64,000 nt of DNA from Acutalibacteraceae bacterium (GTDB taxonomy: Bacteria > Bacillota > Clostridia > Oscillospirales > Acutalibacteraceae): contig JAZQTZ010000052.1 of the NCBI GenBank assembly GCA_045631105.1, positions 532-64,531 on the forward strand, given 5' to 3'. Positions 37,691 to 47,446 of the stretch are shown here, one piece after another. A model generated the notes under the pieces. That model saw only the letters and a program-made list of their open reading frames with translations, did no database searches and was not told where the DNA came from. Both the position numbers and the translations under genes were made by a program. Positions within the stretch are counted from its first letter, which is position 1, and the number at the start of each line of letters is the position of its first letter.

Positions 37691-40600
37691 TCAGGAAACA
37701 ACTGTTGTGCTGTGTGTCTTCTGGTTAATCTTTGAAACGAATGTGTAGTGGTTAACGATGCCGTCGATATCGTCAGGGTCTACGAAACCGTCGTGGTTAA
37801 CGTCAGCAGCTTCGAACTTTGCAGCGCTGCCGAAATCATCCTGAGTAAGAGCACCGTCGCTTGTCATCAATGCAATTTCAAGGTGGGATACGTCAGTACC
37901 GTCAACTCTTGTATCGCCGTTGATATCACCGTAAACAACTGCGTAATATCTGAATCTTTCTCTGTTTTCAACTGTACCGATGTAATAAGCACCTGTACCA
38001 ACGCCACGGCCTGAACCTGTGATGGTAACCTTAGTACCTGAAGCTTCGTCTTCTCTCATACCAACAACCTGGATAAGATCCATAACTGCGCCAACGCCTT
38101 CTTCAAGGCCGAAGACCTGACCTGTGATACGAGCTGAAGCTGAGTTGGTAATAACTGTTCCAACAAGATTGTTGCCTGCTGTGTCAATGTTTGACTTAAG
38201 GTCGGGATTGGTGAGATAGTTGAGCTTGTAGATAGCCTGATAGAGAGCTGCTGCCATGTCGTCTACTTCAGACTGACCTTCACAGTCGATGGGTGATTGG
38301 CCATCTGCATAAAGTTCCTCGGAGTCGCCGAGAACGGCTACCATGATATCCCACTGACCGTCATCCATGTTGTAACCAACATTTTTGTCATATGAAAGAG
38401 GATCATCGATAATTGCATTTGCAAGTTCCATATAAGCTTCGAGCTGTGTCCAATCTGCAGGACCGGTATAAGGAACAAGTTTATAATAAGCATCAATGAG
38501 ACCGTAGAATGCTTCTGATGCCATTGACTGAGTAAGTTCATCACTTGCAAGAAGCGAGTTTGCAGATGCTTCGATCAATGAAACAGCAAAGTCATAGGCG
38601 ATTCTGAATTTTTCATAGGATGTTGTTGTGTAAACTCTTGTTGTTCTAAGAGCACCTGTTGCATCAACACCGTTGTAATTAAGGTTACGACCGGCTGTAC
38701 CTTTATATGCGCTTGCGAAGGTGTTCTTTGCCCATTCAAGCATTGTTGTGTTAATAGCCTTGGATCTGTTCTTTTCAGCTTCTTCATGACGGTAGGAGAT
38801 AAGGTCCATATGGTCATAGAGAGTTTCTCTGTTGTCATAAAGAGCCTTGATATAATCACAGTATGACTTCTGAATCTGAATATTAACTTCTTCAGCGTAT
38901 GTCATTTCTGCGTCGCCGCCTAATAAGGGATATTTAGCCTTAATAGCGGTGCTTTCAGCTATTGTCATGGGAATTGACGATGCGCCGTTTACAAGAGCGT
39001 TACTTGTGTCGATATAAGCGAATCTGGGACGGTAGAGAGCGTAGTCTACTGCACCATATTCGGAATTCTCAATTGCCTTGTATGTGAGATTCTTTGACAT
39101 GAGCCATGCAGCGATTGTGTTGAGATGACCAACTGAGAGGTCTTCCCACTGATAAGCGCCGTTATAAATGAGGTTGCCATCTGCATCTCTGCCGTCAGGA
39201 ATAATATCAAACTGGAGGCAATCGAAATCAGGTGTTGAGGCAAGAGCGAGTCTTACGATTGTTTCAACTTCTTCTCTTGAGAACTCAACGTCATATCTTT
39301 CGTCAGCGCCCATTTCAAGAGCAATTGCAAGCTGATCATAGTTTGCCTCGTTCATTTCAGCCATATTGATTGTGTTGGTGTAACGAGTCGGACCGCCTGT
39401 TGCGCCCCAACCGCTTTCTGTTGCGCCGAAGTAATAGTCTGTATATGTGTAAGAAGTTGATGCGGTTGTGTAGAAGGGATACATTGAACCGGGGATGCCG
39501 GGTGTACCGTCGGCATAGTTTGTTACTGCGCCGTTTGCATCGGTGATATCGGTTGCTGTAACAATACCGTCATTATTTGTATCAAGCTTTCCGAGGTTAT
39601 AAAGCTGAGATTCAACTGAATGCATGAACCAATCATGATATGCACTTGAAAGATCGTTTTCAGCAAAGCCATGATAGGATGAAACAAAGCTGTCTGCATC
39701 CTTAAGTACATCGCCTGCGCCTGTGTAGAAATAACCTGCTGCGCCTAAATCTTCATAGTTAAGGAATCGGAACTGATCCTGTTCATAGCTTATGAAGGGG
39801 TTAGATGCTGTTCTGTTTGTAATATTTGAGAATCTGAAATCAGTAAATTCTGAATAACTACCGTATTCATCTGATTTAGCTGTCTCTGTTAAAGCGGTTT
39901 CAAGATATGACCATCTTCTCCAGATGTTATAAGCATAAACTGCTTCTTCTGTTGCTGTTGCTTCAGTTACAACAACTTCTTCAAGATATGTGTTTTTGAA
40001 GCTTTCTACAACTGCGTCAGCCTCTGCCTTTGAAGCATATGAACCGTAAACTACGTTGTTTGTTGTGATGATAAGATCGTATGCAGTACCTTCAGCATTT
40101 CTCTTGATTGAGAACTCACCGTTTACGATACCTTCAGCAGTTTCAAGGTCTGTCATTCCTTCAACGATGATAGATGCGTTAACGTTATCTGAAAGCATTG
40201 AAACATAGTTTTCAAGATCTTCAATCTTATAAACCTTCATTGTTGTTTCAAGCATGCCATCTTCCTTGAATGAACGTATATAGTCCATGTTTGCAAGGAG
40301 GGGAAGAGCTGTTGAAAGAAGCTCAAACTTATACTTGTTGAGGAGTTCAAGAAGTCTTGAAAGGAAGGTGGGAAGCGAACCGCTTGTTGAAGCGTTACCG
40401 CTTGAATCACGGCAGGAAAGAAGATCGCCGAGAGTCTGAACGCTTGTGTGACCGCCGCCTGAAAGAACGTTGGTTCTTGTGGGGATAAGTACGCTTTCAC
40501 CGTTGAACACGAGAGCGAGAACACGGTCGATAACTCTCATGATAACTGTAAGAGGAGGCTGGTTAAGTTCGCCGTTTGTATAGTCCGTGTTAACCGAAAG

Positions 40601-43039
40601 AAGGTCAAGGATACCGATAAGGTCGAACTCGATGAGGTTGTTGAGAAGCCAGCCATTAATCATCTTGGCTGAACCATTGATATCGGGAAGCCATGATGTG
40701 GGGATAAGTGAGAAGAGAGTTGCATCGAGAAGGTCATAGATAGCGTCAATCTTCTGAACACCCTGTGATGTATACTGTTCAACGTCATCCCTGAATGTAA
40801 GGGTTGAAACGTCTGAATATACGGTTGAGATAAGGTTGTTGAAGTTTGAAGTCCAAAGACCGGGATATTCGCCTGTTTCACCGTAAACACCGTTACCGTT
40901 TGTATCGTAACCGACAAGAACGGGCATATACTGGTCGAGAGCCCATGTTATGAACTGAGTAACAAATTTCTCGAAGGTTGTGTCTGTGCTGAGAACAGCG
41001 GACTTATTGAGCATAAGAACGTTGTTGAGATAAGCTGCAAGATAGGAGCAGCCGATGTCAAGAGCACCGCTGGGGATTGTAACGTCTTCTGTGCCGATAA
41101 CGTTACCGCTCATATCCTTATGAGAAATTCTCTTGATTGAGGTGTAAGGAATGGGATCGATTTCATTGTTGTTACCGTCAACAACAACGCCGATACCGCC
41201 TGCCTGCTGAAGTTCATGATATGCATCAAGTCTTTCATAGTAGTTATTCTGGGGAAGAGCCTGAGATGCGAGACCTGCCATTGCATAAGCAAGAACAGAG
41301 GGAATATCGTTTGCCCATTCAGGGAAATAGCAACCGTCGATGAAATCGTTGAGAGCCATCTTGATAACAGTCGCATAAACTTTATCTGTTTCAACAACAT
41401 AATTGGGACGGATAAAGTCGGGGTTAGCGTATTTTTCGCCATCCTTATCGGAGATGTTAACGGGCATGTCGTTTGCAACATAGTTATAAGCTGTTGCTTT
41501 TGTTACACCGCCAATTTCTTCATACTGAGTTGCATAAAGGATATCGCCTGTTTCATAGGTGATATATGTCTGGTCAACTGCTGCTTCGTCATCAGCTGCA
41601 ACGAGAGTCTTGGGATTGGTATCTGCATAGTACCAGATAGCTGTGAGCTCGTCGCCTTTGAAACCGAGGTGAGCTGAATCAGCGAAAAGACCAAAGCTGG
41701 GAAGCATGTTAACGAGAAGACGAATAACGTCATTAAGGAGTGACATAAGGTTATCCTGAAGGTGGATTCCCTGATAGTCGATAAGGATGAAGGTGTCGAG
41801 ACCGCCCTTATTGAAGAGCCAGTCAAGCATTGCTTCAATCTTAAGGAGAGGATATGTGTTCTGTTCTTCTGTGTAAACGGGTTCGGGAGCACCGTTCTGA
41901 ACAAGGAGAGATTCAACAAGACCGATAATCATTGTGAACATCTGGTCTGTGAGGATTTCGGGATCGCCGTAAGGCTGATCTTCTGTTATTTCAACGTCAA
42001 GTGCATCGCAAAGAACTTCTGTGAGCATGGGAACTACCATGCCGTCAAGGAGAGCTCTGATAACGTTGTTGATGAGCTGATAGAAGCTCATGGTATGTGC
42101 TTCGGGAACGCCGTCAAGGTCATGGTCAGCCATGATGGAAACGCCTGTGAGAGATGCGCCGCCGGGCTGAGCTGCAAGGGATTCACCAAAGAGAGGTTCG
42201 AAGTTTGCACCGAGAAGTGAGTTTGCACCTTCTTCTACTGTCATGCCTGTACCGGTGATAAGAGCCCAGTCAACAAGCTTCTGAACACCCGCATCAAATG
42301 TTGCCTTATCAACAGCAGTTACTGTGTCGTCAATGAGCATACCGTAAAGCATTGTCATGAGAGCGTTGTCAACGTTGTGAACGGTATCTCCGCCTGTGTA
42401 GCCTGTGAGGTCGGTAAGAAGGTCATCAAAAACGCCCTCGAGGAGTGAACCGTAGTTGAAAGTACCGGAAATGATACCTGCAAGAAGGTTTCTCTGGTTT
42501 GAAATCCAGTCAATGAGCATTTCAAGAACCTTAGCGTCACTTACTTTAGATCTTGTTCTGTCCCAATGGAAGCCGTTCTTGTTAAGACCTTTTTCAGAGT
42601 CAACAAGGTCACCGAGAACAGTAATAACGTCAGCTAAACCAACAATCCAGTTATCATCGAGACAGTTAAGAACAGCGTCAAGGGTTCTGATAACACCGTC
42701 AACGCTTCTCAGGTCGAGAACACCTTTAGCGTTACCTGAACTTTCGAGTTCATCGTCAAGGTCAAGAAGCGCGTTACTTGTGAAAATGTTGATACCGATG
42801 TCAACCATTTCGTTCAACTGGTCACAAGTTATGGTCATGTTTGCATCTGCAAGCATACCGTCAAGCATGTCAAGGAGCCAACCTGCGCCCTGCTCATAGT
42901 TGAGGTAGTACTTAGCACGGGATTTTGACGGGGCAAGGTAGTTATTGGAGTCAGTGAATGCATAAACATTTACGCATGCAGCCGAAAGCACCATAACAAA
43001 AGCCATAAGAACCGCCAAGAGTCTTTTTGCCTTTTTCAT
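37691..43039 (-). CDS. Very large (~1780 aa) acidic secreted protein with C-terminal dockerin domain, S-layer/surface protein candidate
   Basis: Signal peptide MKKAKRLLAVLMAFVMVLSAACVNVYA and a duplicated dockerin Ca-loop (YGDINGDTRVDGTDVS...AADVNHDGFVDPDDI). Confidence 0.8.
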   Translation of the reverse strand: MKKAKRLLAVLMAFVMVLSAACVNVYAFTDSNNYLAPSKSRAKYYLNYEQGAGWLLDMLDGMLADANMTITCDQLNEMVDIGINIFTSNALLDLDDELESSGNAKGVLDLRSVDGVIRTLDAVLNCLDDNWIVGLADVITVLGDLVDSEKGLNKNGFHWDRTRSKVSDAKVLEMLIDWISNQRNLLAGIISGTFNYGSLLEGVFDDLLTDLTGYTGGDTVHNVDNALMTMLYGMLIDDTVTAVDKATFDAGVQKLVDWALITGTGMTVEEGANSLLGANFEPLFGESLAAQPGGASLTGVSIMADHDLDGVPEAHTMSFYQLINNVIRALLDGMVVPMLTEVLCDALDVEITEDQPYGDPEILTDQMFTMIIGLVESLLVQNGAPEPVYTEEQNTYPLLKIEAMLDWLFNKGGLDTFILIDYQGIHLQDNLMSLLNDVIRLLVNMLPSFGLFADSAHLGFKGDELTAIWYYADTNPKTLVAADDEAAVDQTYITYETGDILYATQYEEIGGVTKATAYNYVANDMPVNISDKDGEKYANPDFIRPNYVVETDKVYATVIKMALNDFIDGCYFPEWANDIPSVLAYAMAGLASQALPQNNYYERLDAYHELQQAGGIGVVVDGNNNEIDPIPYTSIKRISHKDMSGNVIGTEDVTIPSGALDIGCSYLAAYLNNVLMLNKSAVLSTDTTFEKFVTQFITWALDQYMPVLVGYDTNGNGVYGETGEYPGLWTSNFNNLISTVYSDVSTLTFRDDVEQYTSQGVQKIDAIYDLLDATLFSLIPTSWLPDINGSAKMINGWLLNNLIEFDLIGILDLLSVNTDYTNGELNQPPLTVIMRVIDRVLALVFNGESVLIPTRTNVLSGGGHTSVQTLGDLLSCRDSSGNASTSGSLPTFLSRLLELLNKYKFELLSTALPLLANMDYIRSFKEDGMLETTMKVYKIEDLENYVSMLSDNVNASIIVEGMTDLETAEGIVNGEFSIKRNAEGTAYDLIITTNNVVYGSYASKAEADAVVESFKNTYLEEVVVTEATATEEAVYAYNIWRRWSYLETALTETAKSDEYGSYSEFTDFRFSNITNRTASNPFISYEQDQFRFLNYEDLGAAGYFYTGAGDVLKDADSFVSSYHGFAENDLSSAYHDWFMHSVESQLYNLGKLDTNNDGIVTATDITDANGAVTNYADGTPGIPGSMYPFYTTASTSYTYTDYYFGATESGWGATGGPTRYTNTINMAEMNEANYDQLAIALEMGADERYDVEFSREEVETIVRLALASTPDFDCLQFDIIPDGRDADGNLIYNGAYQWEDLSVGHLNTIAAWLMSKNLTYKAIENSEYGAVDYALYRPRFAYIDTSNALVNGASSIPMTIAESTAIKAKYPLLGGDAEMTYAEEVNIQIQKSYCDYIKALYDNRETLYDHMDLISYRHEEAEKNRSKAINTTMLEWAKNTFASAYKGTAGRNLNYNGVDATGALRTTRVYTTTSYEKFRIAYDFAVSLIEASANSLLASDELTQSMASEAFYGLIDAYYKLVPYTGPADWTQLEAYMELANAIIDDPLSYDKNVGYNMDDGQWDIMVAVLGDSEELYADGQSPIDCEGQSEVDDMAAALYQAIYKLNYLTNPDLKSNIDTAGNNLVGTVITNSASARITGQVFGLEEGVGAVMDLIQVVGMREDEASGTKVTITGSGRGVGTGAYYIGTVENRERFRYYAVVYGDINGDTRVDGTDVSHLEIALMTSDGALTQDDFGSAAKFEAADVNHDGFVDPDDIDGIVNHYTFVSKINQKTHSTTVVS

Positions 43040-43383
43040 ATTTGCACCTCCATTTTTGATAGGCGTTTTCACGCCCGAAGCCCTTGCAAGAGGCTTCTTG
43101 AAACAGGCATTCTTATAATGCCTTAATTTACAATAGTTACTCTATAAGGGAGTTGTTGCATTCCTCATGCAAAATTTTAAATATTTTTTAAACATTTTAT
43201 GAACAGATTATGAACACGACAGCTTTTTGTTTATGTTTAACAAAGGATTTTAATCTGTTTTGGCGATAATTAACAACTGTTTTTCGAACACATGTTCTGT
43301 CAGAATTTATGAATTCTCATGATCGGTCAGCCATACAATATTTGTTTACTGTTCTGAATTATAACAAAAAAGCAGACAATCCA

Positions 43384-44037
43384 TTATGAATTGTCTGCTT
43401 TTTCAAGCATATTTACAAGCTCAGAAAGATCATTTATAAGGGGTTTTTCTGAGTTCTTCAGACGTTCGGGATGCTCGTGTCCTGAGGTCAAAAGTATACA
43501 ATCTGCGCCGAGAATGTCCGCCATTTCAGCATCATGCTGAAGGTCTCCGATAACAAGAATTTCTTCTTTTGAGGCTTTATTTTTGGTTAAATAATCCTTT
43601 GCTCGTTCGATTTTTGAGCCTGCAAAATAGTCTCCTGCGCCCAAAATTGCATCAAAATAATCCGAAACACCGTATTTTTTTGCATTCATACAAAGCTGTT
43701 CATTATTTGAAGATGAAACAATAACCTGCTTTGCACCGTTTTCAGCGAAAAATTCAAGAGCTTCAATCGCTCCGTCGGTAAGTCCCACATCTCTGAGATG
43801 GCGGAGATACCCCTCATTATATTGTTTTATTATAATATTGTAGTCTTCTTTTTCCATATCAAAGACTTTTTCATAAAATCTGATGATGGGTACACCGATG
43901 CATTCTTTATAATAATCAATTTCAATCGGCTCTCTGCCCCTCAAAGCAAGCATATCGTTTACACTTGCCAGGGATGCACCGATATCATTGAGCAGCGTTC
44001 CGTTCCAATCCCATATTATGAACTTATATTTCAACAT
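43384..44037 (-). CDS. HAD family hydrolase (phosphoglycolate phosphatase-like)
   Basis: IIWDWNGTLLND, VSSS, K and IGDLQHD motifs. Start MLKY follows AAAGGAGG. Confidence 0.9.
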   Translation of the reverse strand: MLKYKFIIWDWNGTLLNDIGASLASVNDMLALRGREPIEIDYYKECIGVPIIRFYEKVFDMEKEDYNIIIKQYNEGYLRHLRDVGLTDGAIEALEFFAENGAKQVIVSSSNNEQLCMNAKKYGVSDYFDAILGAGDYFAGSKIERAKDYLTKNKASKEEILVIGDLQHDAEMADILGADCILLTSGHEHPERLKNSEKPLINDLSELVNMLEKADNS

Positions 44038-44094
44038 TTCGCCTCCTTTATTGATATCCGACACCAAATATGGTATACTATCAAAGGTGATTAT

Positions 44095-44409
44095 ATGAAT
44101 ACTTTTGAGAAAATATATGATGCTGTAAAGAAAATTCCAAGGGGAAAAGTATGCACCTACGGTCAGATAGCCGCCATGGCTGGCAATCCGAGATGGTCGA
44201 GAGTTGTCGGTTATGCTCTGCACGTCAATCCCGAGCCGGGCACTATCCCCTGCCACCGTGTTGTTACAAGAAACGGCGAAGTTTCAAAGGCGTTTGCTTT
44301 CGGAGGCGAGAATATGCAGAGAATTCTGCTTTCCGAAGAAGGGATTGAATTCCTTGATGACGGCAGAATTGATTTAAGCCGATACTTCTGGAACGGTGAC
44401 ACAATATAA
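44095..44409 (+). CDS. MGMT family methylated-DNA-protein-cysteine methyltransferase, C-terminal domain only
   Basis: IPRGKVCTYGQIA, RVVG.AL and PCHRV motifs. Confidence 0.9.
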   Translation: MNTFEKIYDAVKKIPRGKVCTYGQIAAMAGNPRWSRVVGYALHVNPEPGTIPCHRVVTRNGEVSKAFAFGGENMQRILLSEEGIEFLDDGRIDLSRYFWNGDTI

Positions 44410-44423
44410 TGTATATTATAATA

Positions 44424-44924
44424 TTATCCTAATAATTTATCCTGCAATTCAATGATTTCAAGAAGTTCTTCGCTGACTTCTTTCATATATTCAAGAATCT
44501 TTTCATCCTGAGCAAGATATCGGGCAGTCTTTCTGACTTCCTTGATGAACGAAGGGTCAAGAGGTTCTTTTTTTGCCGCAAGGGGGCACATATTAGCACG
44601 GGGGTCATAGATAACCTCAAAATTCAGCTTGCCGTCAAACTCATAAACAAGAGGAAAGAGCGGAAAAATTCTGCAAGCAAGCGGTCTTTCGGCTCTGTTG
44701 CACTCTCCCGAGCAGACTACCATAGGATAACCGTAGTTTCCTTCGGTTTCACAGACCTCAAAACCTTCTTTTCCCGCAAAGAGCTCCTCCTCACCAGGGT
44801 AAAGCCACATGCCTTTACAGTCACCGCGACAGCAAAGACCATCGCAAAGTCTTCCGCAGTTATAAAATCCGAGGGGTGTTTTGTGGTAAAGACGCTCATA
44901 TGCGCCAAGAATTATATTTTTCAT
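44424..44924 (-). CDS. Cys-cluster protein (YkgJ/CxxxCxxxCC-like)
   Basis: CGRLCDGLCC and RPLACRIFP motifs. Confidence 0.65.
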   Translation of the reverse strand: MKNIILGAYERLYHKTPLGFYNCGRLCDGLCCRGDCKGMWLYPGEEELFAGKEGFEVCETEGNYGYPMVVCSGECNRAERPLACRIFPLFPLVYEFDGKLNFEVIYDPRANMCPLAAKKEPLDPSFIKEVRKTARYLAQDEKILEYMKEVSEELLEIIELQDKLLG

Positions 44925-46585
44925 AAAGTCAGTATCCTTTCAACAAATGCCTGAAGCGAAAAATCACATAATGTTCTGGGATGGCGAAGATATTTCCCAA
45001 GAATTTCCGCAGTTTTTGCTTTGTTTTCATCGGAATTATCATTAAAAATCGAAAGCGATAATTTCAATAAATCAAGTGCGATTTTCTGTTTCTCAAGCCA
45101 CGGTGCAAGTTCTGAAACCATAGAATTATCAATGGTTTCAAGAGTTGAACAACATTTATCAAGAGCTTCGATATATTTGACAACAGTTGCAACCGCACCT
45201 GAAATATCATCCGAGAAAAACTGCTGCTGCGCAAGATTTAGCGTTTCATTAAGCATGGGCGAATTTTCAACCTTAAGACATGAGGTGAGAAGGTTATCAA
45301 GGAGGGGCATAAACAGCTCTTTTTCTTCTCCGAGGATGATTTCACACGCCTTTTGCCACGAGTCAAATCCGTCATATGAAACAGGGTTCCAAAGATAGTC
45401 ACAGACAGTGAGTAAAGGTATTCTGCTTGACAGAGTATACTCCATTGTGTTGGAAACAACACCTCTTGAATAGCGGTACAAATCGCTTTCTCTGCCGTTC
45501 AGATAGCCGATATGCATCTCATTATACATCTCTGCATCGTTAACGGGGAAGTTATCCCAATAAAGCGGAGGTCTGTTGGTTGCATTTTCAAAAATGACTG
45601 CCTCACGCACCGTTATTTCCTGCGAACAGATATTTTTACCCGTCCAGAAAATATCAATATCGCCCGAAATTCCTTGACCGAGCTTTGAAATATAATATTC
45701 ATCTCCCCTGCCATGATACTGCAAAGGGCAAACGGTAAGTGTGCAGTTTTTATCTTTTTCTTTAAGGAAATTGCGGAATTTATCTGAAAGAACAATATGA
45801 GCATTGACTGCCTCGCCGTCAAAAGCCTCTTTATCTTCCTCAAACCAAAGATCTTCGGGAATATCATCGACAAGAAGTCCGAAATTACGTATTCCGATGT
45901 TGTAAAGTTGTTCAGCTTTACAAGTGAGCTTATCAAAATCTTCGTCCGATGAGTATTTCATGCTGAGTCCTGGAGCGATACAGTAATGAAAACTGACGAA
46001 TTTCTCCTTGCAGAGCGATGCAAGTTCGGAAAGCGCAGAAAGTTCGCTTTCGGGATAAAGCTCCGACCATTTATCACGGTGATAAGGGTCATCTTTCGGG
46101 GCATAATAATATGTGTTCATACCGTAAAACGACATGAGTTCAAGCATCATTCTGCGATTTTCATGAGTCCAGGGTTTGCCGTAAAACCCTTCTATAAAGC
46201 CGCGAACGGCGAATAAGGGATAGTCTGTTACAACACCGACAAAGAATTTTTTATCGGTTATCATCTGAACAATTCTGTTGACCGCTCTGAAAAGTCCTTC
46301 ACGGCAAGATACTGTTAAAGTTAAGTTAAGTCCGTTTTCGGATTTTTCAGATGTGATTATATACTTTTCGCCTGTCAGTCTTCTTGCTTCATCGATATAT
46401 TCAAGCTGACGGGTATTTTCTTTTTTGATGTTTATGTAAAGCTTGTTGCCTTTACATTCTTTGTCGGTATAAGAATCAAGTATGCCAAGTGCATAATCGC
46501 TGTCAAAACCATTTATCTCGATTTCAGAGGGTGAAAAATCAATCCAACCAATGATTTCGGGTTTCTGAAAAGCAGGATAAATCAT
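44921..46585 (-). CDS. GH84 beta-N-acetylglucosaminidase (O-GlcNAcase-like), no signal peptide
   Basis: RGFIEGFYGKPW, YAPKDDPYHR, catalytic DD (LLVDDI) and WDNFPVND motifs. Confidence 0.92.
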   Translation of the reverse strand: MIYPAFQKPEIIGWIDFSPSEIEINGFDSDYALGILDSYTDKECKGNKLYINIKKENTRQLEYIDEARRLTGEKYIITSEKSENGLNLTLTVSCREGLFRAVNRIVQMITDKKFFVGVVTDYPLFAVRGFIEGFYGKPWTHENRRMMLELMSFYGMNTYYYAPKDDPYHRDKWSELYPESELSALSELASLCKEKFVSFHYCIAPGLSMKYSSDEDFDKLTCKAEQLYNIGIRNFGLLVDDIPEDLWFEEDKEAFDGEAVNAHIVLSDKFRNFLKEKDKNCTLTVCPLQYHGRGDEYYISKLGQGISGDIDIFWTGKNICSQEITVREAVIFENATNRPPLYWDNFPVNDAEMYNEMHIGYLNGRESDLYRYSRGVVSNTMEYTLSSRIPLLTVCDYLWNPVSYDGFDSWQKACEIILGEEKELFMPLLDNLLTSCLKVENSPMLNETLNLAQQQFFSDDISGAVATVVKYIEALDKCCSTLETIDNSMVSELAPWLEKQKIALDLLKLSLSIFNDNSDENKAKTAEILGKYLRHPRTLCDFSLQAFVERILTL

Positions 46586-47319
46586 AAAGACTTAATCTCC
46601 TTCTTATATTTTTCGATGTAGGCATTATTGATTTCATCGCCGCCGTCAACATTACTACTCGAGAAAACATCGGGAATATAGCCGTCGGCAATCATAAGCT
46701 CAACAGCTCTTGCTTCAATTGCATTGAGAATTGCCGCACCTGCAGCAGTTGAGGTCGGAGCAACATTTCTGTTAATTTCCTTAACTTCGATTGATGCGTC
46801 ACCGTAGCAACCGCAATTATCGATAACTATATCGGCAACTTCAAACAGTCTTTTGCCGCTTGAATGTCTTGATGCACCTTTCATGGTATGCTCCATATTG
46901 GTGATAACAACAGTCTTCACGCCTTTTTCCTTTGCAATAATAGCAAGGTCAATAGCAACACCGTTTCTGCCTGAATTTGAAAAAAGGAAAAGAATATCTT
47001 TATCGGTTATTGAATGGTGGCTGAAAAGAATTTCCCCGTAACCTTCAAGACGCTCGAGCTCTGTGCTTTTTGATGCGCTTTCGTGGAGCATAAGGGATGA
47101 TTCAAGAATGGGATTGACATTCACAAGTCCGCCCGCACGGTAAAAAATCTCTTCTGCAAGCATATGGGAATGACCCGTTCCGAAAGTATGTATTCTTCCG
47201 CCGTTTTTAAGCGTGTCCGCAACGGCTCTTGATGCGGCTTCTATGCTGTTATATTGCTCCGTGATTATGCGTTCAAGTATATTTTGTAAGTTTTTGAAAT
47301 ATTCAACTGCCTTTGACAT
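46582..47319 (-). CDS. SIS-domain sugar isomerase-like protein
   Basis: FGTGHSHMLAEE.FYRAGGL and SNSGRN motifs. Confidence 0.88.
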   Translation of the reverse strand: MSKAVEYFKNLQNILERIITEQYNSIEAASRAVADTLKNGGRIHTFGTGHSHMLAEEIFYRAGGLVNVNPILESSLMLHESASKSTELERLEGYGEILFSHHSITDKDILFLFSNSGRNGVAIDLAIIAKEKGVKTVVITNMEHTMKGASRHSSGKRLFEVADIVIDNCGCYGDASIEVKEINRNVAPTSTAAGAAILNAIEARAVELMIADGYIPDVFSSSNVDGGDEINNAYIEKYKKEIKSL

Positions 47320-47446
47320 AATTACCTCCGCAGCATTTTTATTTTATTCTAATATTTATTCCCGCAAATATCAAGTTTTTTTGAAAATATCTTTATTTTC
47401 ATTACCTTATATGATATAATTTGTTATTAACAGGAAGGTGTAACTA

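Noticed and set aside
43798-44256. Apparent head-to-head overlap of the HAD and MGMT ORFs
   Set aside because: This is an artefact of over-extended ORF starts. The RBS-supported starts (44037 minus, 44095 plus) do not overlap.
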